In this document: positions 1-10,186 of the stretch, in pieces
Numbering within the stretch: the stretch's first letter is position 1
Layout: each line of letters starts with the position of its first letter
Source of the DNA: Candidatus Versatilivorator sp.
GTDB taxonomy: Bacteria; Acidobacteriota; Terriglobia; Versatilivoradales; Versatilivoraceae
Direction: 5' to 3'
Assembly (NCBI GenBank): GCA_965207735.1
Contig: OZ242296.1
Location: forward strand, 3,008,001-3,072,000
DNA: 64,000 nucleotides
The notes under the pieces: model-generated
What the model saw: only the letters and a program-made list of their open reading frames with translations
The model's database searches: none
Told to the model about the DNA's origin: nothing
Made by a program: the position numbers and the translations under genes

Positions 1-1
1 G

Positions 2-1738
2 ATGGGTGTTTGGGCTCGGACGGACCGGTCCGGAAATTTCGCTGTCAGATACGGGACCCGGCCCAACAGGCTGGACTCTCTTTCACCGGTGGTGGAGACT
101 CGGGTCGACCAGGACAACACCGGCTGGATTCACCTCAAGGGCCTGGACGCAGGAACCCTATACCACTACCGGCTGGTCTGGCTGGACGGGACGGAGGAAC
201 ACCAGGGACCCGGCGGAACCTTCCGTACCCTTCCCAGTCCCCACGACATGCGCCACCCCCAACACAATCCGGAAGGACTCTTCAACTTCCGATTCGAATT
301 TGCCTGCGGCAACAACCAGAATACCGGCAGTCCGGGGGCTTTCGGGTCGAGCCTGCCCGCCTTCGCCACCATGCTCCGGGAACTTCAGGGCGACGACGCT
401 CGGGCGCGGATCGATTTCGCCATTCTCAACGGGGACTGGCTGTATGAGGAAAAACGCGAGTACCCGCCCGAGGACTGGCTGCGGCAGGTGGGACTCTCCG
501 CCGAACAGGCGCCGAGAGTAGTGGAGATGATGCCCAATATCGTGGGCGTCTGGGAGAACTACAAGCTCTACCTGGAACGGGGAGAGCATCTGGCCGACTG
601 GCATCGGGTGGTCCCCTCCTTCTTCACCTTCGACGACCACGAGATCCTTAATGACGTCTATGGAGCCGGCCAGGACGGTTACCGCAATCGGCGTCCCGTC
701 TTCCGGGACATCGCCCTCAAAGCCTGGTATGACTATCTGGGCTGGAGCAATCCGGTCGATCCTACCCAGGAGATTCTGTTCGGACGGGCGGCATTCAGGG
801 CCGGCAGTTCCATCCTGAACGATCCGGACGCCGACTTCAGCCAATTGAACCCCCGGGAGGCGGCCACCCTGCACGTGCACTGGGGAACCCCCGATGCCGG
901 CGTCATGGATGGCCCCAACGACCATGAGGGCGGCGACCCCAATGCCGGCGTGTACCGCATCGTCGAGGTGCTGGATGCCAGACGGTTGAAGATTCGGCCG
1001 GCCGCCAAGGCCGACGGCCAGGCCGCCTACTCCATTGGGCGGGTGTCGCACTTCCGGAAGTCCATCAGCAATGCCGACTTCTTCTTCCTGGACACCCGCA
1101 GCCATCGCATGATGCACGACGTGAGGCAGCCCCGGAAAAAGGGGCTTTCCATGATCGGCGCTCCACAGAAGGATTGGTTGAAGCGGGAGATGAAAGCCAG
1201 CCGGGCCGACCTGTTTTTCGTGGTCTCCTCGGTCAACTTCACCATCCCTCACGTGGGGGCCTATGGGCCGGAACCCATCCCCAACAAGGATGAGGCCTGG
1301 ACTGTGTTTCTGGAGGAGCGGGAGGATCTGATCCGGTTCTGGGACTCGCTGGGCAAGCCGGTCTTTGTCCTGACGGGCGACCTCCACAACAGTTTCGCCA
1401 TCAAGATCACCGACCGCGTCTGGGAGTTCGCTTCCGGACCCCACAACTCGAGCAACCACCCGCTGAGCAGCGAGGGCGGGCGTCCCACCAACGGCCCCTA
1501 CGATTCCCAGGGACGCCGGGTGGAGATACGCTGGTCCAGCTTCATGCAACCGGACACTCCACTCCCGATGCGAAACCGGCCGGTCTACTGCGTGGTGCAG
1601 GTCAACAACACCTTCAACAACCCGGTTGAGGAAGGAACCGACCGCTGGGTGGCCTACAGCCGTCCCCAGGTCATCTTTCAATACTACGACGGGCTCACCG
1701 GCGAGCTGCTCTACGCCGAATCCATCCTGGCGGGCTGA
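2..1738 (+). CDS. PhoD-like alkaline phosphatase D family metallophosphoesterase (probably 5'-truncated by window edge)
   Basis: NGDWLYE, FDDHE, FLDTR and LTGDLH motifs; N-terminal PhoD_N-like region (GLDAGTLYHYR). Confidence 0.85.
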   Translation: MGVWARTDRSGNFAVRYGTRPNRLDSLSPVVETRVDQDNTGWIHLKGLDAGTLYHYRLVWLDGTEEHQGPGGTFRTLPSPHDMRHPQHNPEGLFNFRFEFACGNNQNTGSPGAFGSSLPAFATMLRELQGDDARARIDFAILNGDWLYEEKREYPPEDWLRQVGLSAEQAPRVVEMMPNIVGVWENYKLYLERGEHLADWHRVVPSFFTFDDHEILNDVYGAGQDGYRNRRPVFRDIALKAWYDYLGWSNPVDPTQEILFGRAAFRAGSSILNDPDADFSQLNPREAATLHVHWGTPDAGVMDGPNDHEGGDPNAGVYRIVEVLDARRLKIRPAAKADGQAAYSIGRVSHFRKSISNADFFFLDTRSHRMMHDVRQPRKKGLSMIGAPQKDWLKREMKASRADLFFVVSSVNFTIPHVGAYGPEPIPNKDEAWTVFLEEREDLIRFWDSLGKPVFVLTGDLHNSFAIKITDRVWEFASGPHNSSNHPLSSEGGRPTNGPYDSQGRRVEIRWSSFMQPDTPLPMRNRPVYCVVQVNNTFNNPVEEGTDRWVAYSRPQVIFQYYDGLTGELLYAESILAG

Positions 1739-1863
1739 GGGGTAAGGGAAGCCGGGCGTGTGCGGTCGGAGCGTGACGACGAAGAGGAAATCAGTCTGTC
1801 ACCATGTCGGCCAGGCGGTGTTCTGAAAAGCCGGCTGGATCAGCAACCGAGACCAGGGAGGTC

Positions 1864-3006
1864 ATGATGAGAACTACTTGCTGGAAGGGTTCGTTACTTC
1901 TCGTCGTCCTGACGATTGGGACTGCCGGCTGCAGGATGTCCGAATCCCCCGGGGACGGCGTGCCCGAGCCACTGCAGAAGGTCACCGTCTTTACCAAGGG
2001 CGAGGCAGGATACCACTGCTTTCGCATTCCGGCGCTGGTGGTGACCCCCAAGGGAACGGTGCTGGCATTCGCCGAGGGACGCAGGGACAGTTGCCGCGAC
2101 GATGCCGACATCGACCTGGTTCTGAAGCGCAGCACCGATCAGGGACTTACCTGGAGCCCCCTTCGGGTTCTGTTCGACGACGGCGATCTGTCTGTGAATC
2201 AGCCCGTGCCCGTGGTGAACCGGGAAACGGGAGAGGTGGTCTTCGTCTTTTGCAAGAACAACCAACGGGTGTTCATCTCCAAGAGCGGCGACGAAGGGAC
2301 AACCTGGAGTCAGCCGCGAGAGATCACCGAACAGGCCGCCGATCCCTCCTGGAGCTATCTGGGCGCGGGTCCGGGGCACGGCATCCAGCTTTCAAGCGGC
2401 CGGCTGCTGGTTTCGAGCTGGGGAGACCTGTCCCCTGGGCCCAGAACCTGGCGGCCGGCCGGTTGGGGCAAGGTGCAGTTCTCCTATGCCATGTACAGCG
2501 ACGACCACGGCCAGACCTGGCAGCGCAGCCAACCGCTGGATATCGACCTCTCGGACGAGTCGATGTCGGTGGAAACGGTGGATGGGCGTATCTACATGAA
2601 CATGCGCAGCCGGCAGAAAAAGCACCTGCGAGCTTATGCGTGGAGCGACGACGGCGGAGAATCCTGGTCGGAGGTCAACTTCGACCCGGGGATGCCGGAG
2701 CCCTCGGTGCAGGGCAGCGTGGTTCGCTTCACCACTGCCGACCAGCACGGCAGAAATCGTGTCCTGCTTGCCCACCCGTCGAGCCAGACCGAACGCGCCC
2801 TACTGACGGTGCGGATGAGCTACGACGAGTGCCGGACCTGGCCGGTGGCCAAACTTCTCCATCAGGAATATTCCGGCTATTCGGATCTGGCCATCGCCCC
2901 GGACATGACGGTGCTGTGCTTGTACGAGTCCGAATGGCACGCCAGGATGATCCTGGCCCGCTTCACCCTGGACTGGCTGACCGACGGCGCCGACAGTCTA
3001 CGGTGA
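1864..3006 (+). CDS. Exo-alpha-sialidase family (GH33-like) lipoprotein
   Basis: FRIP motif, several Asp-boxes (STDQGLTW, SDDHGQTW, SDDGGESW), GYSDL...LYE end; lipobox TAGC; start at ATG 1864. Confidence 0.9.
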   Translation: MMRTTCWKGSLLLVVLTIGTAGCRMSESPGDGVPEPLQKVTVFTKGEAGYHCFRIPALVVTPKGTVLAFAEGRRDSCRDDADIDLVLKRSTDQGLTWSPLRVLFDDGDLSVNQPVPVVNRETGEVVFVFCKNNQRVFISKSGDEGTTWSQPREITEQAADPSWSYLGAGPGHGIQLSSGRLLVSSWGDLSPGPRTWRPAGWGKVQFSYAMYSDDHGQTWQRSQPLDIDLSDESMSVETVDGRIYMNMRSRQKKHLRAYAWSDDGGESWSEVNFDPGMPEPSVQGSVVRFTTADQHGRNRVLLAHPSSQTERALLTVRMSYDECRTWPVAKLLHQEYSGYSDLAIAPDMTVLCLYESEWHARMILARFTLDWLTDGADSLR

Positions 3007-3822
3007 GGCGATCAGCAGACGATCGTTCAGTCCCTGCAGCGGTCTGGAGTTCGGCGCCGAGATCCCCTCGAATTTAGCGATCTGCTCCGTGCTCACTTCG
3101 ATCGCGTTCGCCATTACGAACCAGTTCACGCCTTCACTGCAGGGCGGAGTGGTCAGCGAGCCCTTGTAATGAGAGTAGGCGCCCGCCTCGGAAGGCAGCA
3201 TGGCCGAGGCATCGATGGTCGTTTCGGCGATCTCGGCTTCCGGCCCGGCTTCCTCCGGCATGTTGGCGAATACCGAAGCCAGCGGATCGTTCTGTCCGCC
3301 CGCCTGCATCATCACTCCGACCACCGCCAGAGATCCGTCTGCGTCCCCATGCACGAAATGCACCTCCATCGGTGTGCGCGTGCCGGCGATGGCGTGCTCG
3401 CTCGGTGCATGGAAATGGAATTGCAAGAGGTTGAAGGGTTTGCCCGCCACCGTCAGAACACTTCCGGGTGCATAGTTCACCTGGACGGTGTGGCCGTGGT
3501 TGACGATCTTCAGCGGCGAGGGCTTGTAGTCGAAGATCAAGTCCGGCCCCTTGGCGGGAACGGCATCCACGATATCGATCGGTGATTGCATGCGCCCGTC
3601 GCTGCAGGCGGCATAGTCGGGTGACAGCGAGCCCCAGTTTTCGGGACCCGCGGATCCGGAATAGCTCCACGCGGCAGAGCCCGCGTGACCGTTCTCCTCT
3701 TGGCCGTGTCCGGAACCATGGCTCCTGTCTTCAGCCCCGTGGTGGCAGCCGAACGACCAGAAAGAAATGGCCATGATTGCCCCAATGGCGATCGGGGCTG
3801 CGATACGATTGCTCATCGGCAT
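2998..3822 (-). CDS. cah: Alpha-class carbonic anhydrase, lipoprotein
   Basis: QSPIDI, QFHFH, SEH, EVHFVH, YKGSLTTPPCSEGVNW; lipobox SFGC; RBS GAGGAG before ATG 3822. Confidence 0.95.
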   Translation of the reverse strand: MPMSNRIAAPIAIGAIMAISFWSFGCHHGAEDRSHGSGHGQEENGHAGSAAWSYSGSAGPENWGSLSPDYAACSDGRMQSPIDIVDAVPAKGPDLIFDYKPSPLKIVNHGHTVQVNYAPGSVLTVAGKPFNLLQFHFHAPSEHAIAGTRTPMEVHFVHGDADGSLAVVGVMMQAGGQNDPLASVFANMPEEAGPEAEIAETTIDASAMLPSEAGAYSHYKGSLTTPPCSEGVNWFVMANAIEVSTEQIAKFEGISAPNSRPLQGLNDRLLIASP

Positions 3823-4105
3823 CCTCTCCTCAGGTTCCGCCCCAGGTGCGTTCCCGGCCCATCCCAGCGATCGGCGACACGAACCGGGAGGGCCGTGGCC
3901 TGGAGCCACTCAGAACATTTCACTCAACGTTGAGTAAAATGATCTTAAAACGGAATCGACTACAGAAGAAAGAACCTATTGAGCTCGTGCTGCAATTTTA
4001 AAGGGGTTCGAGCGCCAAGCCCGCATTTCTTGCCTGATCTGCAGGGGAATTGTCCACCACACGGCCATTGCATTCCGGGTGGCAAGAGACACAAGGAGAG
4101 AGGTC

Positions 4106-4945
4106 ATGCAGCGAGCGATCGCCGTCGTGTCAGTGCTGCTGAGTTGCTTCGCAGTTGCCGCGGCGCAGTCTTCACCGGAGAACCTGGTGGAGCAGCACCT
4201 GTTGCGTGCGGATAGGCTGATGGAATCCGGGGACCCCAAAGGCGCGCTCGAGCTGATGAAAAAGATCATGTTGCTGCAGATGGCGTTCGGTGTGACATTG
4301 CCGGACGAGTTCCCCTTGGATCACGCGAGGATAGCTTTGTCGGCAGGCTCCATCGGGGAGGCCATCGATGCCGCCAACGGGTATCTGGTGCAGGCGGGGA
4401 GTGAAGGCCGGTTCTACCGGCAAGCACTGGAGCTATTGGAGAAGGCCGGGCGGATGGAGCAGCTTCAGACCTGGTTCGGCGCCGAGAAAATGTGTGTCGG
4501 CCAGCCGAAGGGCGCCTCGTGCTGGATGGAGGTGACCGGCAAGCCCGACTGCCATGTATGGAACCACAATCTGCAACCGGACGAATTCGTGACCTGGACG
4601 GGGAAGTGTGCCGAAGGGAAGGCTTACGGGGAGGGAACGACCCGATGGGTCTATGACGCAGGCAAGAAGACTTTGGAAGCAACCGGAAGTCTCAAAGAAG
4701 GCAAGGTGCACGGCCAATGGGTCTTGCGCTGGCCGGACGGGAAAGTTGAGGAAGGCTCGTATGCGGATTGGAAGCGGCAAGGCCGGTGGGTCATCCGCAA
4801 TGCGGACGGAGACGTCGAGGAAGGCTCCTATGTAAAGGGGAAGAAACACGGCCAGTGGGTCATTCGCAAGGCAAACGGGGAGGTTGAACATCTGACCTTT
4901 GATAATGACGAGAGGATGGGGAGGCCCAGTCGGAGCCGGAACTAG
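4106..4945 (+). CDS. Secreted protein with N-terminal helical (TPR-like) domain and MORN-like repeats
   Basis: Signal peptide; WTGKCAEGKAYGEG followed by ~23-aa repeats (HGQWVLRWPDGKVEEGSY, QGRWVIRNADGDVEEGSY). Confidence 0.75.
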   Translation: MQRAIAVVSVLLSCFAVAAAQSSPENLVEQHLLRADRLMESGDPKGALELMKKIMLLQMAFGVTLPDEFPLDHARIALSAGSIGEAIDAANGYLVQAGSEGRFYRQALELLEKAGRMEQLQTWFGAEKMCVGQPKGASCWMEVTGKPDCHVWNHNLQPDEFVTWTGKCAEGKAYGEGTTRWVYDAGKKTLEATGSLKEGKVHGQWVLRWPDGKVEEGSYADWKRQGRWVIRNADGDVEEGSYVKGKKHGQWVIRKANGEVEHLTFDNDERMGRPSRSRN

Positions 4946-5005
4946 GCCGGAAGCGCCACGGCAAGGAGTTACCAGGACAAACTGTGAAGAAACTCGAGGA
5001 AAAGG

Positions 5006-6067
5006 ATGATTCATGATCGCAGAAGATTTGTGGGCCGAAGCCTCCAGGCCGGCCTGGCATCGACGTTATTGGCAACGACGGGTTCGGTGGAGGCGCCTGC
5101 CGGTCCCGGTGACCGGACAGCCCCCTACCGGTTCAAGCTGGCCATGTGGATCGATGAGTTGCGGGATCGGGACGAACTGACCCTGGAGCAGGAGTTGGAA
5201 GTCGCCAGGGAAATCGGGATCGAGCACGTCTGGTTCCAATCCGTCCCGGGCGTGAGGCCGATTCCCGAGATGAGCGATGCCGAAGTGGACCGCGTGGGCG
5301 AGCGCCTGGCCCGCTATGGGCGCAAGCTGCTCATGCTCAGCGGCTGGATTCCTTTCCATAACCTGCCGCTGCTGGACCTGGACGTCAAGACCATGACTCG
5401 GCATCCCGAATTTCTCAAGGAATTCAATGCCGTGGTTCGGTCCATGCAGATTGCCGCCCGGTTGGGCGCGCCGGCGGTACTCTCTTACAGCTTCGTCTGG
5501 CCGGGGGAGCGCGGCTACGGGGGACCTACCTGGCCCATGCGCTGGGCGACCCGGGGCGGCATCATCGCCGAAATGGACATGGAGAAGCTGGTCAAGGCCT
5601 TCACCCTGATGCTGGAACAGGCCGAGAAGTACGATGTCGACCTGGTGCTGGGCATGCGGCCCTTCAACTACGTCAGCTCGACCGGGAATTTCCGCCGGCT
5701 GGCCGAGCGCCTGGGTTCCAGGAGGCTCAAGGTCCAGTGGTCCCCCGCCGACGCCCTGCTTTCCGCCGAGTGGGACCAGGCCACCGCGGGCTTCCTCAAT
5801 CTGAAGCCCTACCTCCATAGCCTCCACATGAAGGACGTCCAGGTCCTGGACGGACCCGGGGCCGAGTTCGGCTGGCGCGCCCTGGGAGACGGGCAGGTGG
5901 ACTACCTCACGATCCTGCGCAACCTGCGCCGGCACCGCTCCGATGCGGTTCTGGCCCTGGCCACCCACTTCAGACCGCCCAGCGGATCGCTGATCGAGGC
6001 CATGCACATCAACTACGCCAACATGAAGGCGCTAATCGCAAAGGTGGAGAAGGGGACCGCCGTGTGA
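5006..6067 (+). CDS. Sugar phosphate isomerase/epimerase (AP-endonuclease-2 TIM barrel), Tat-like signal
   Basis: DRRRFV twin-Arg; LHMKD and LGDGQVDY motifs. Confidence 0.8.
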   Translation: MIHDRRRFVGRSLQAGLASTLLATTGSVEAPAGPGDRTAPYRFKLAMWIDELRDRDELTLEQELEVAREIGIEHVWFQSVPGVRPIPEMSDAEVDRVGERLARYGRKLLMLSGWIPFHNLPLLDLDVKTMTRHPEFLKEFNAVVRSMQIAARLGAPAVLSYSFVWPGERGYGGPTWPMRWATRGGIIAEMDMEKLVKAFTLMLEQAEKYDVDLVLGMRPFNYVSSTGNFRRLAERLGSRRLKVQWSPADALLSAEWDQATAGFLNLKPYLHSLHMKDVQVLDGPGAEFGWRALGDGQVDYLTILRNLRRHRSDAVLALATHFRPPSGSLIEAMHINYANMKALIAKVEKGTAV

Positions 6068-6119
6068 TCCCCGCCGGGGGCGGCGGCTTTCTCCCCCCAA
6101 CCGCAACATCGGGACGACA

Positions 6120-6147
6120 CCCCTGGCAGCGCGGGCGTCCCGCGCCC
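6120..6147. repeat. REP-like palindrome (left partner of 8176-8204)
   Basis: gcagcgcgggcgtcccgc; degenerate inverse of the copy at 8176 and similar to 35691. Confidence 0.6.
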
Positions 6148-6217
6148 CCATCTTCTCCCTTGGGTTGCCGCTCAGTTTCCCCGCGATGCCGCTGCAGGTC
6201 CATCCGGGTGAAATAGA

Positions 6218-8146
6218 CCGAAGTTCCTGACCCACCGACAAGATAACTCCTTTATCTTCAATCATCAATCAGGAATCTCAGGTTGTCTTGCCTGGGAACA
6301 TCCTGATGAGCTCGAAGGCCCTTTGCTGTAGCGGGGTCGGCTCGGTCAATCGCTGGACTCGCGGACCATCGGGTTCGGAGGGCAATCGGCACTGGTGGCG
6401 GGCCCGCGTCGCCATCTGCGCCATCAACGTCTCCAGGCTCTGCAGCGGCAAGCCGTCCTCGGTGAGGCGTTTGCTCTTCTTCCGTTTGGCGGAGTCCGAC
6501 GGCTGGGCCGCCAGCACCGGGTCTCGCCGTGCCCGTTCCGCTTCCAACTCCTCGTCATCGAACAGCAACGGAGCCAGGGCCAGCCGCAGATGCCACTGAA
6601 CGTAATAGGCCAGCAGGCACAGGAACAGATGAGCCCGCACCCGGCTCTCCACCCGATGACGGATGGGGCGGATGTGCAGGTCGACGGTCTTGAGGGAGCG
6701 GAAGGCCCGCTCCACCCGCGTCAGGTCCTTGTAGCGGCGCACCACCGCGGCTGTTGGCAGGCGATCGGCTGGCTCGCTGGTCCTCAGCATGTAGAACCCG
6801 TCCAGTTGCGCCTCCCGGATGATGGCGTCGGTGCGCCGTTCATAGTGGAAGGACCCGTCTGCGATCTGGGTCCGGAAGTGTTTGGCCACCTGGAAGCGGT
6901 TCTTGACCCGGCCGACTTTCTCGGCGATCTCGGTCGCCGACAAGGGCGTGCGGGTCCGTCTGGCCACCTGGCGGGCGATTCCGGCCAGCGCCTCCTCGGT
7001 GGCTGTCAGCAAAGCCTCCCGCTTCCGCCGCCGATGCTCGGCCAGCAGCGGGTTGTGGCAGACGATGAGCCTCTCGCCCGGATAGTCCGGGCTGCGGACT
7101 TCGGCCAGATGACGCTCGTCGAACAGGGAGAGCTGAACCGCCTCGCTCTCCACCAGACGGCGTATCTGGTGGTGGCGCAGGGCTGAGACCCACCCCACTC
7201 CCGGATGACGCTTCAGATGGCTGATCTGCGTCTCGGTCAGCAGCCCGCGGTCCCCCACCAGCACCACCCGCTCCAGACCAAACCGACCCCGCACCTTCTC
7301 CACCTGATCCCCCACCGTGGTCGGATCCCCCGTGTTGCCGGCATAGGCCTGCACCGACAGCGGCCGCCCCATCTGGTCGGCCAGCACCCCGTAGACCACC
7401 ATGGGCCGGTCCCGCCTGCCGTCCCGGTTGTGGCCGAACTGCATCAGCGAGCAGGTCTGGCCTTCGTAGTAACTGCTGCTGACGTCATAGAGCACCGCAT
7501 CCCCTTCCGCCAGGTGCCGCTTGGCCAGCTTGCGCTCAATCCGGTCCTGACGCTCCAGCAACCAGTCCATGGCCTCATAGAGATCGTCCTCGTCGGTGTC
7601 CTCAAGGGACAGTTCCTCACCCAACGTGGTGGTGTGCCAAAGACGGGTGGTGGCCAGCTTGGAGGCCGGATAGAGCAGACGCTGCAGGATCATGGCCAAG
7701 ACCCGGTCCCGTTGGGGAGAGGGTCGGGAATCGATCAGCGCCGGCAGCTTCAGCTGCCGCACCACTTCCAGCAGCAACTCGACGTGGCCATGAGGCAGGG
7801 AGCGTTCGATGGCGAAGAGTTGGTCGGGATGGACCAGGGGTTCGTTCTTGAGCACGCGCCGGAGGCGCTCGATCTTGTCCTTGGGCCAATGGGAGAGATT
7901 GGCCAGGGTGCGTTTATGGACCTTTTTACCCTCACGGCGGCCTTCGCGCAGGAGGATGGCAGGGGGAGAGTTGCGGTTGGGGACGGTTTCGACGTACATG
8001 GGACTACGATATCACATACAACTATCATGTCAAGATAAATGCTAATCATATACATGGGAACAACACTCCACACGCCTCAATCCTCTTCCCCAAGAAAACA
8101 AATGGCTTAAGGCGATTTTTTGGGTGTAAAATGGGAGGAACTTCGG
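6218..8146 (-). mobile_element. IS1634-family insertion sequence, complete
   Basis: Perfect 11-bp TIR CCGAAGTTCCT (6218-6228) / AGGAACTTCGG (8136-8146); 6-bp TSD AATAGA at 6212-6217 and 8147-8152. Confidence 0.93.
6278..7999 (-). CDS. IS1634 family DDE transposase
   Basis: 573 aa; LYDVSSSYYEG, VGDRG, VERAFRSLK, RPIRHR...RVRAH. Confidence 0.93.
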   Translation of the reverse strand: MYVETVPNRNSPPAILLREGRREGKKVHKRTLANLSHWPKDKIERLRRVLKNEPLVHPDQLFAIERSLPHGHVELLLEVVRQLKLPALIDSRPSPQRDRVLAMILQRLLYPASKLATTRLWHTTTLGEELSLEDTDEDDLYEAMDWLLERQDRIERKLAKRHLAEGDAVLYDVSSSYYEGQTCSLMQFGHNRDGRRDRPMVVYGVLADQMGRPLSVQAYAGNTGDPTTVGDQVEKVRGRFGLERVVLVGDRGLLTETQISHLKRHPGVGWVSALRHHQIRRLVESEAVQLSLFDERHLAEVRSPDYPGERLIVCHNPLLAEHRRRKREALLTATEEALAGIARQVARRTRTPLSATEIAEKVGRVKNRFQVAKHFRTQIADGSFHYERRTDAIIREAQLDGFYMLRTSEPADRLPTAAVVRRYKDLTRVERAFRSLKTVDLHIRPIRHRVESRVRAHLFLCLLAYYVQWHLRLALAPLLFDDEELEAERARRDPVLAAQPSDSAKRKKSKRLTEDGLPLQSLETLMAQMATRARHQCRLPSEPDGPRVQRLTEPTPLQQRAFELIRMFPGKTT

Positions 8147-8175
8147 AATAGATGGGCGAGGATGCGGGGGCTTTG

Positions 8176-8204
8176 TGCGGGCGGGACGCCCGCGCTCCCG
8201 GGGG
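8176..8204. repeat. REP-like palindrome
   Basis: tgcgggcgggacgcccgcgctcccgg, near-identical to 35819-35848. Confidence 0.8.
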
Positions 8205-8230
8205 GCACCGGCGCGGCTCGTGGCCCGGTT

Positions 8231-9106
8231 CTACCCGAGCAGTCGCTGCACCCAGGCGATGTCCCGGCGCAGGACCTGGCGGGGGTCGGCTTCGCCCTGG
8301 TACTCGATGGACAGGCAGCCGTCGTAATCCAGGCGTTGGAGCTCGGCCAGCAGGGGCTCGAGATCCACCACGCCATCCCGCAGGGAAGTCCCCTGGAAAC
8401 GACATCCCCGGGTGGAGTCCAGAAAGCGGCCGGCCGGCTCACCGCGTTCCAGCGGGCGAGCGTTCTTCAGATGAACGTGGGCCAGGTAGGGCGCCATTTC
8501 GGACAGAGCGGCCAGCGGGGATTCGTGGACGAAAAGGGATGCTGCAGTGTCGAAGATCAGGCGGAAGGCGGGGGAATCGATCCGGCGGGCGATGTCAGCG
8601 CAGTCGCTCCCCCGCCCCATGAGGGGTTGAACCGGCGGATAGTCGATGTTCTCGGCCACCAGGGTGATGCCGATGGATTGCGCGTGGGCCGCACAGGCCG
8701 CCAGTCCTTCCACCAGCCATGATCGCTGCTCGGCCAGCGGAACCTCCAGCTTGACGGTTCCCGGCACGATCATGGCCAGCCGGGCGCCCATCTCGGCCGT
8801 CCTGTCCAGCAGCCTGAAGGTGCGTTCGGCGGCCTCCCGGAGCGAGCCCGAGGGAACGATCAGGTCCGAATGGAAGATATAGCAGGCCAGCGGCAGACCG
8901 GCCTCGGCGGCCATCTGTTTGAGCTGCCGGGCCGTGCAGTCCTCCCAGTAGGGGTGCATGAGCTCCAGCCCGTCGGCGCCGAGCTCGCCGCAGACCGAGG
9001 CCACCTCCTCCAGGGTGAGGAAGCCGGCCCGGGTCCGGGGATTGAGATAGCCCTCCCGCAAAACCCAGTCGAAGTTGTAGTCGATCAGCAGAATGGGGGA
9101 GGGCAC
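8231..9106 (-). CDS. Sugar phosphate isomerase/epimerase TIM barrel
   Basis: AENID, FDTA, HVHLKN, LSIEY metal ligands. Confidence 0.85.
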   Translation of the reverse strand: MPSPILLIDYNFDWVLREGYLNPRTRAGFLTLEEVASVCGELGADGLELMHPYWEDCTARQLKQMAAEAGLPLACYIFHSDLIVPSGSLREAAERTFRLLDRTAEMGARLAMIVPGTVKLEVPLAEQRSWLVEGLAACAAHAQSIGITLVAENIDYPPVQPLMGRGSDCADIARRIDSPAFRLIFDTAASLFVHESPLAALSEMAPYLAHVHLKNARPLERGEPAGRFLDSTRGCRFQGTSLRDGVVDLEPLLAELQRLDYDGCLSIEYQGEADPRQVLRRDIAWVQRLLG

Positions 9107-9181
9107 GGTGGTGGATTCCGGTCTGCCGGCCGGGCGGCTGGTCTCCAGAAGGGAAATGATGCTGCGGCAGGTTCCGCCGGC

Positions 9182-9985
9182 TCAGCCCCTGCGGCGGTCT
9201 TCGGAGAAGTCGAAGTCCGACATGTCGGGGGTGCAGCCCCGCAGCGTCCAGCCGCCGTCCACCGTCAGAATCTGGCCTGTGACATAGGCGGCTTCGTCGC
9301 TGGCCAGGAAGACACAGGGGCCCACGTAGTCCTCCACCTGCCCGACTCTGCCGGCAGGAGTGACGGCGGCCCACTTGGGGTCGAAGTCGGGGTCGTAGGC
9401 GCGATTGCGATCGTTGCTGGTGGCTGCCGGAGCCAGGCAGTTGACCCGGACCCGCGGCGCCAGTTCCAGGGCCAGTTGCCGGGTCAGGGCTTCCAGGCCC
9501 GCCTTGGCCATGGTGTAGCTGGAGTGGAAGGGGATGATCTGCCTGACGGCAATGGAGCTGATGTTGATGATGGACCCGCCACCGCTTTCCATCATCCCGC
9601 GGGCCGCGGCCATGGAACCGAAGAAAGGGCCTCTCAGGATGGTCGAGACCACGTCCTCGAAGTCCTCCTCGGTCACTTCGAAGAAAGGACCGAAGCGGGT
9701 GCGGGCGGCGTTGTTGACGAGAACGTCCAGGCGGCCGAAGCGACGGCAGACGGCCTCCACCATGCCTTCGAAGTCCTGTTTGGAGCCGATGTCGGCCTGG
9801 AAGAGATCGGCCTCGCCGCCGGCCTCCGACACCTGCCGGACGGTCTGCTCCGCTCCCTCGGGGTCGGTCTTGAAGTTGACCGCCACCCGGGCGCCCTCGG
9901 CCCCCAGCCCGATGACCAGGCCCCGGCCAATGCCCTTGCTGGCGCCAGTGATCAGGGCCACTTTACCGGCAAGCCTGCTACCCAT
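9182..9985 (-). CDS. SDR family oxidoreductase
   Basis: TGASKGIG, NNAA, YTMAK (YxxxK). Confidence 0.92.
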   Translation of the reverse strand: MGSRLAGKVALITGASKGIGRGLVIGLGAEGARVAVNFKTDPEGAEQTVRQVSEAGGEADLFQADIGSKQDFEGMVEAVCRRFGRLDVLVNNAARTRFGPFFEVTEEDFEDVVSTILRGPFFGSMAAARGMMESGGGSIINISSIAVRQIIPFHSSYTMAKAGLEALTRQLALELAPRVRVNCLAPAATSNDRNRAYDPDFDPKWAAVTPAGRVGQVEDYVGPCVFLASDEAAYVTGQILTVDGGWTLRGCTPDMSDFDFSEDRRRG

Positions 9986-10100
9986 GGAAATCCTCCTTGA
10001 ACCGTTGCATCCGGAGACCGCCGCAGCGCCGCCGGAACGAGATTGAGCTTTTGAGTCGAAACAACATGTACATCGACAATCAACATCTCATGAACCCGTT

Positions 10101-10150
10101 TCTTCGTGTTCCCTTGTCGTTCTTCGTGCCCCTTCGTGGATATCTTTTTT
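10101..10150. repeat. CTTCGTG short-period repeat module
   Basis: cttcgtgttccc...cttcgtgccccttcgtggata; related to 36472-36512 and, inverted, 41637-41656. Confidence 0.6.
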
Positions 10151-10186
10151 CATTGGGTTTCGGTCTGAGGCACAGCTTCGCCGAAG

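Noticed and set aside
2998-3006. Convergent gene overlaps (also 53100-53103)
   Set aside because: Short 3' overlaps are common in compact genomes
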